In this document: positions 63,786-64,000 of the stretch, one piece after another
Numbering within the stretch: position 1 is the stretch's first letter
How the letters are laid out: every line of letters starts with the position of its first letter
Assembly: GCF_009834535.1 (NCBI RefSeq)
Contig: NC_045697.1
Coordinates: forward strand, 87,856,001-87,920,000
Source of the DNA: Camelus ferus
Lineage: Eukaryota
DNA: 64,000 nt
Direction of reading: 5' to 3'
Notes under the pieces: generated by a model
The model's input: only the letters and a program-made list of their open reading frames with translations
The model's database searches: none
What the model was told of the DNA's origin: nothing
Translations under genes and position numbers: made by a program

Positions 63786-64000
63786 ATAGAAAAGAAGCAG
63801 GATGCTACAAAAATGAGAAACTCATAACTGGAAAGGAGATAACTGCCATGAATTACAAAAAAGAATAAAGACAAAATTGTAAAAGAAGACATCTAAATCA
63901 TTAAGAGTGGGAGAGGGAAGCAAGGAAAGCCACTGTTTTAAACAGTATGGAGATTCCTCAAAACACTAAGAATAGACTTACTATATGACCCAGGAATCCC

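Larger units (their letters stand above)
61549..64000 (+). mobile_element. L1 with 5'UTR and ORF1 but nearly all ORF2 missing (continues past the window end)
   Basis: CAAGATGG 5' start, CpG-rich UTR, ORF1, then a jump at ~63928 to the ORF2 C-terminal sequence (aligns to 45303-45375). Confidence 0.9.

Overview
AT-rich mammalian non-coding DNA (intronic or intergenic). It is most likely from a camelid: the young L1 3' ends are of the camelid type as I recall them, and no Alu, B1, BovB/Bov-tA, PRE-1 or SINEC copies are visible. I recognise no cellular protein-coding exon, tRNA, rRNA or CRISPR array. Almost all ORFs in the track are chance ORFs or pieces of LINE-1. The window is a layered transposon record: ancient L2 and MIR, MaLR/ERVL/ERV1 solo LTRs (MLT1, LTR16, LTR33, LTR41, MER67, MER77, MER21), DNA MITEs (MER53, MER58A and a Chompy-like amniote palindrome), HAL1 and several L1 generations. 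Subfamily names come from recalled consensus motifs, not from a search. The most unusual directly visible structures are non-canonical L1 products: (i) an L1 with a CpG-rich 5'UTR and ORF1 that jumps straight to the ORF2 C-terminus (half-L1-like), fused to an upstream endonuclease fragment; (ii) a 3'-truncated L1 (5'UTR plus ORF1 start) still bracketed by a target-site duplication (TSD); (iii) a 23-nt poly(A)-only insertion with a perfect 15-bp TSD; (iv) two possible short 3' transductions. Unique sequence carries minus-strand splice-like signals (a candidate recursive AG|GT site and two frame-preserving microexon candidates) and motif clusters that may be enhancers; these are unverified inferences. 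No new biological system can be established from the sequence alone.
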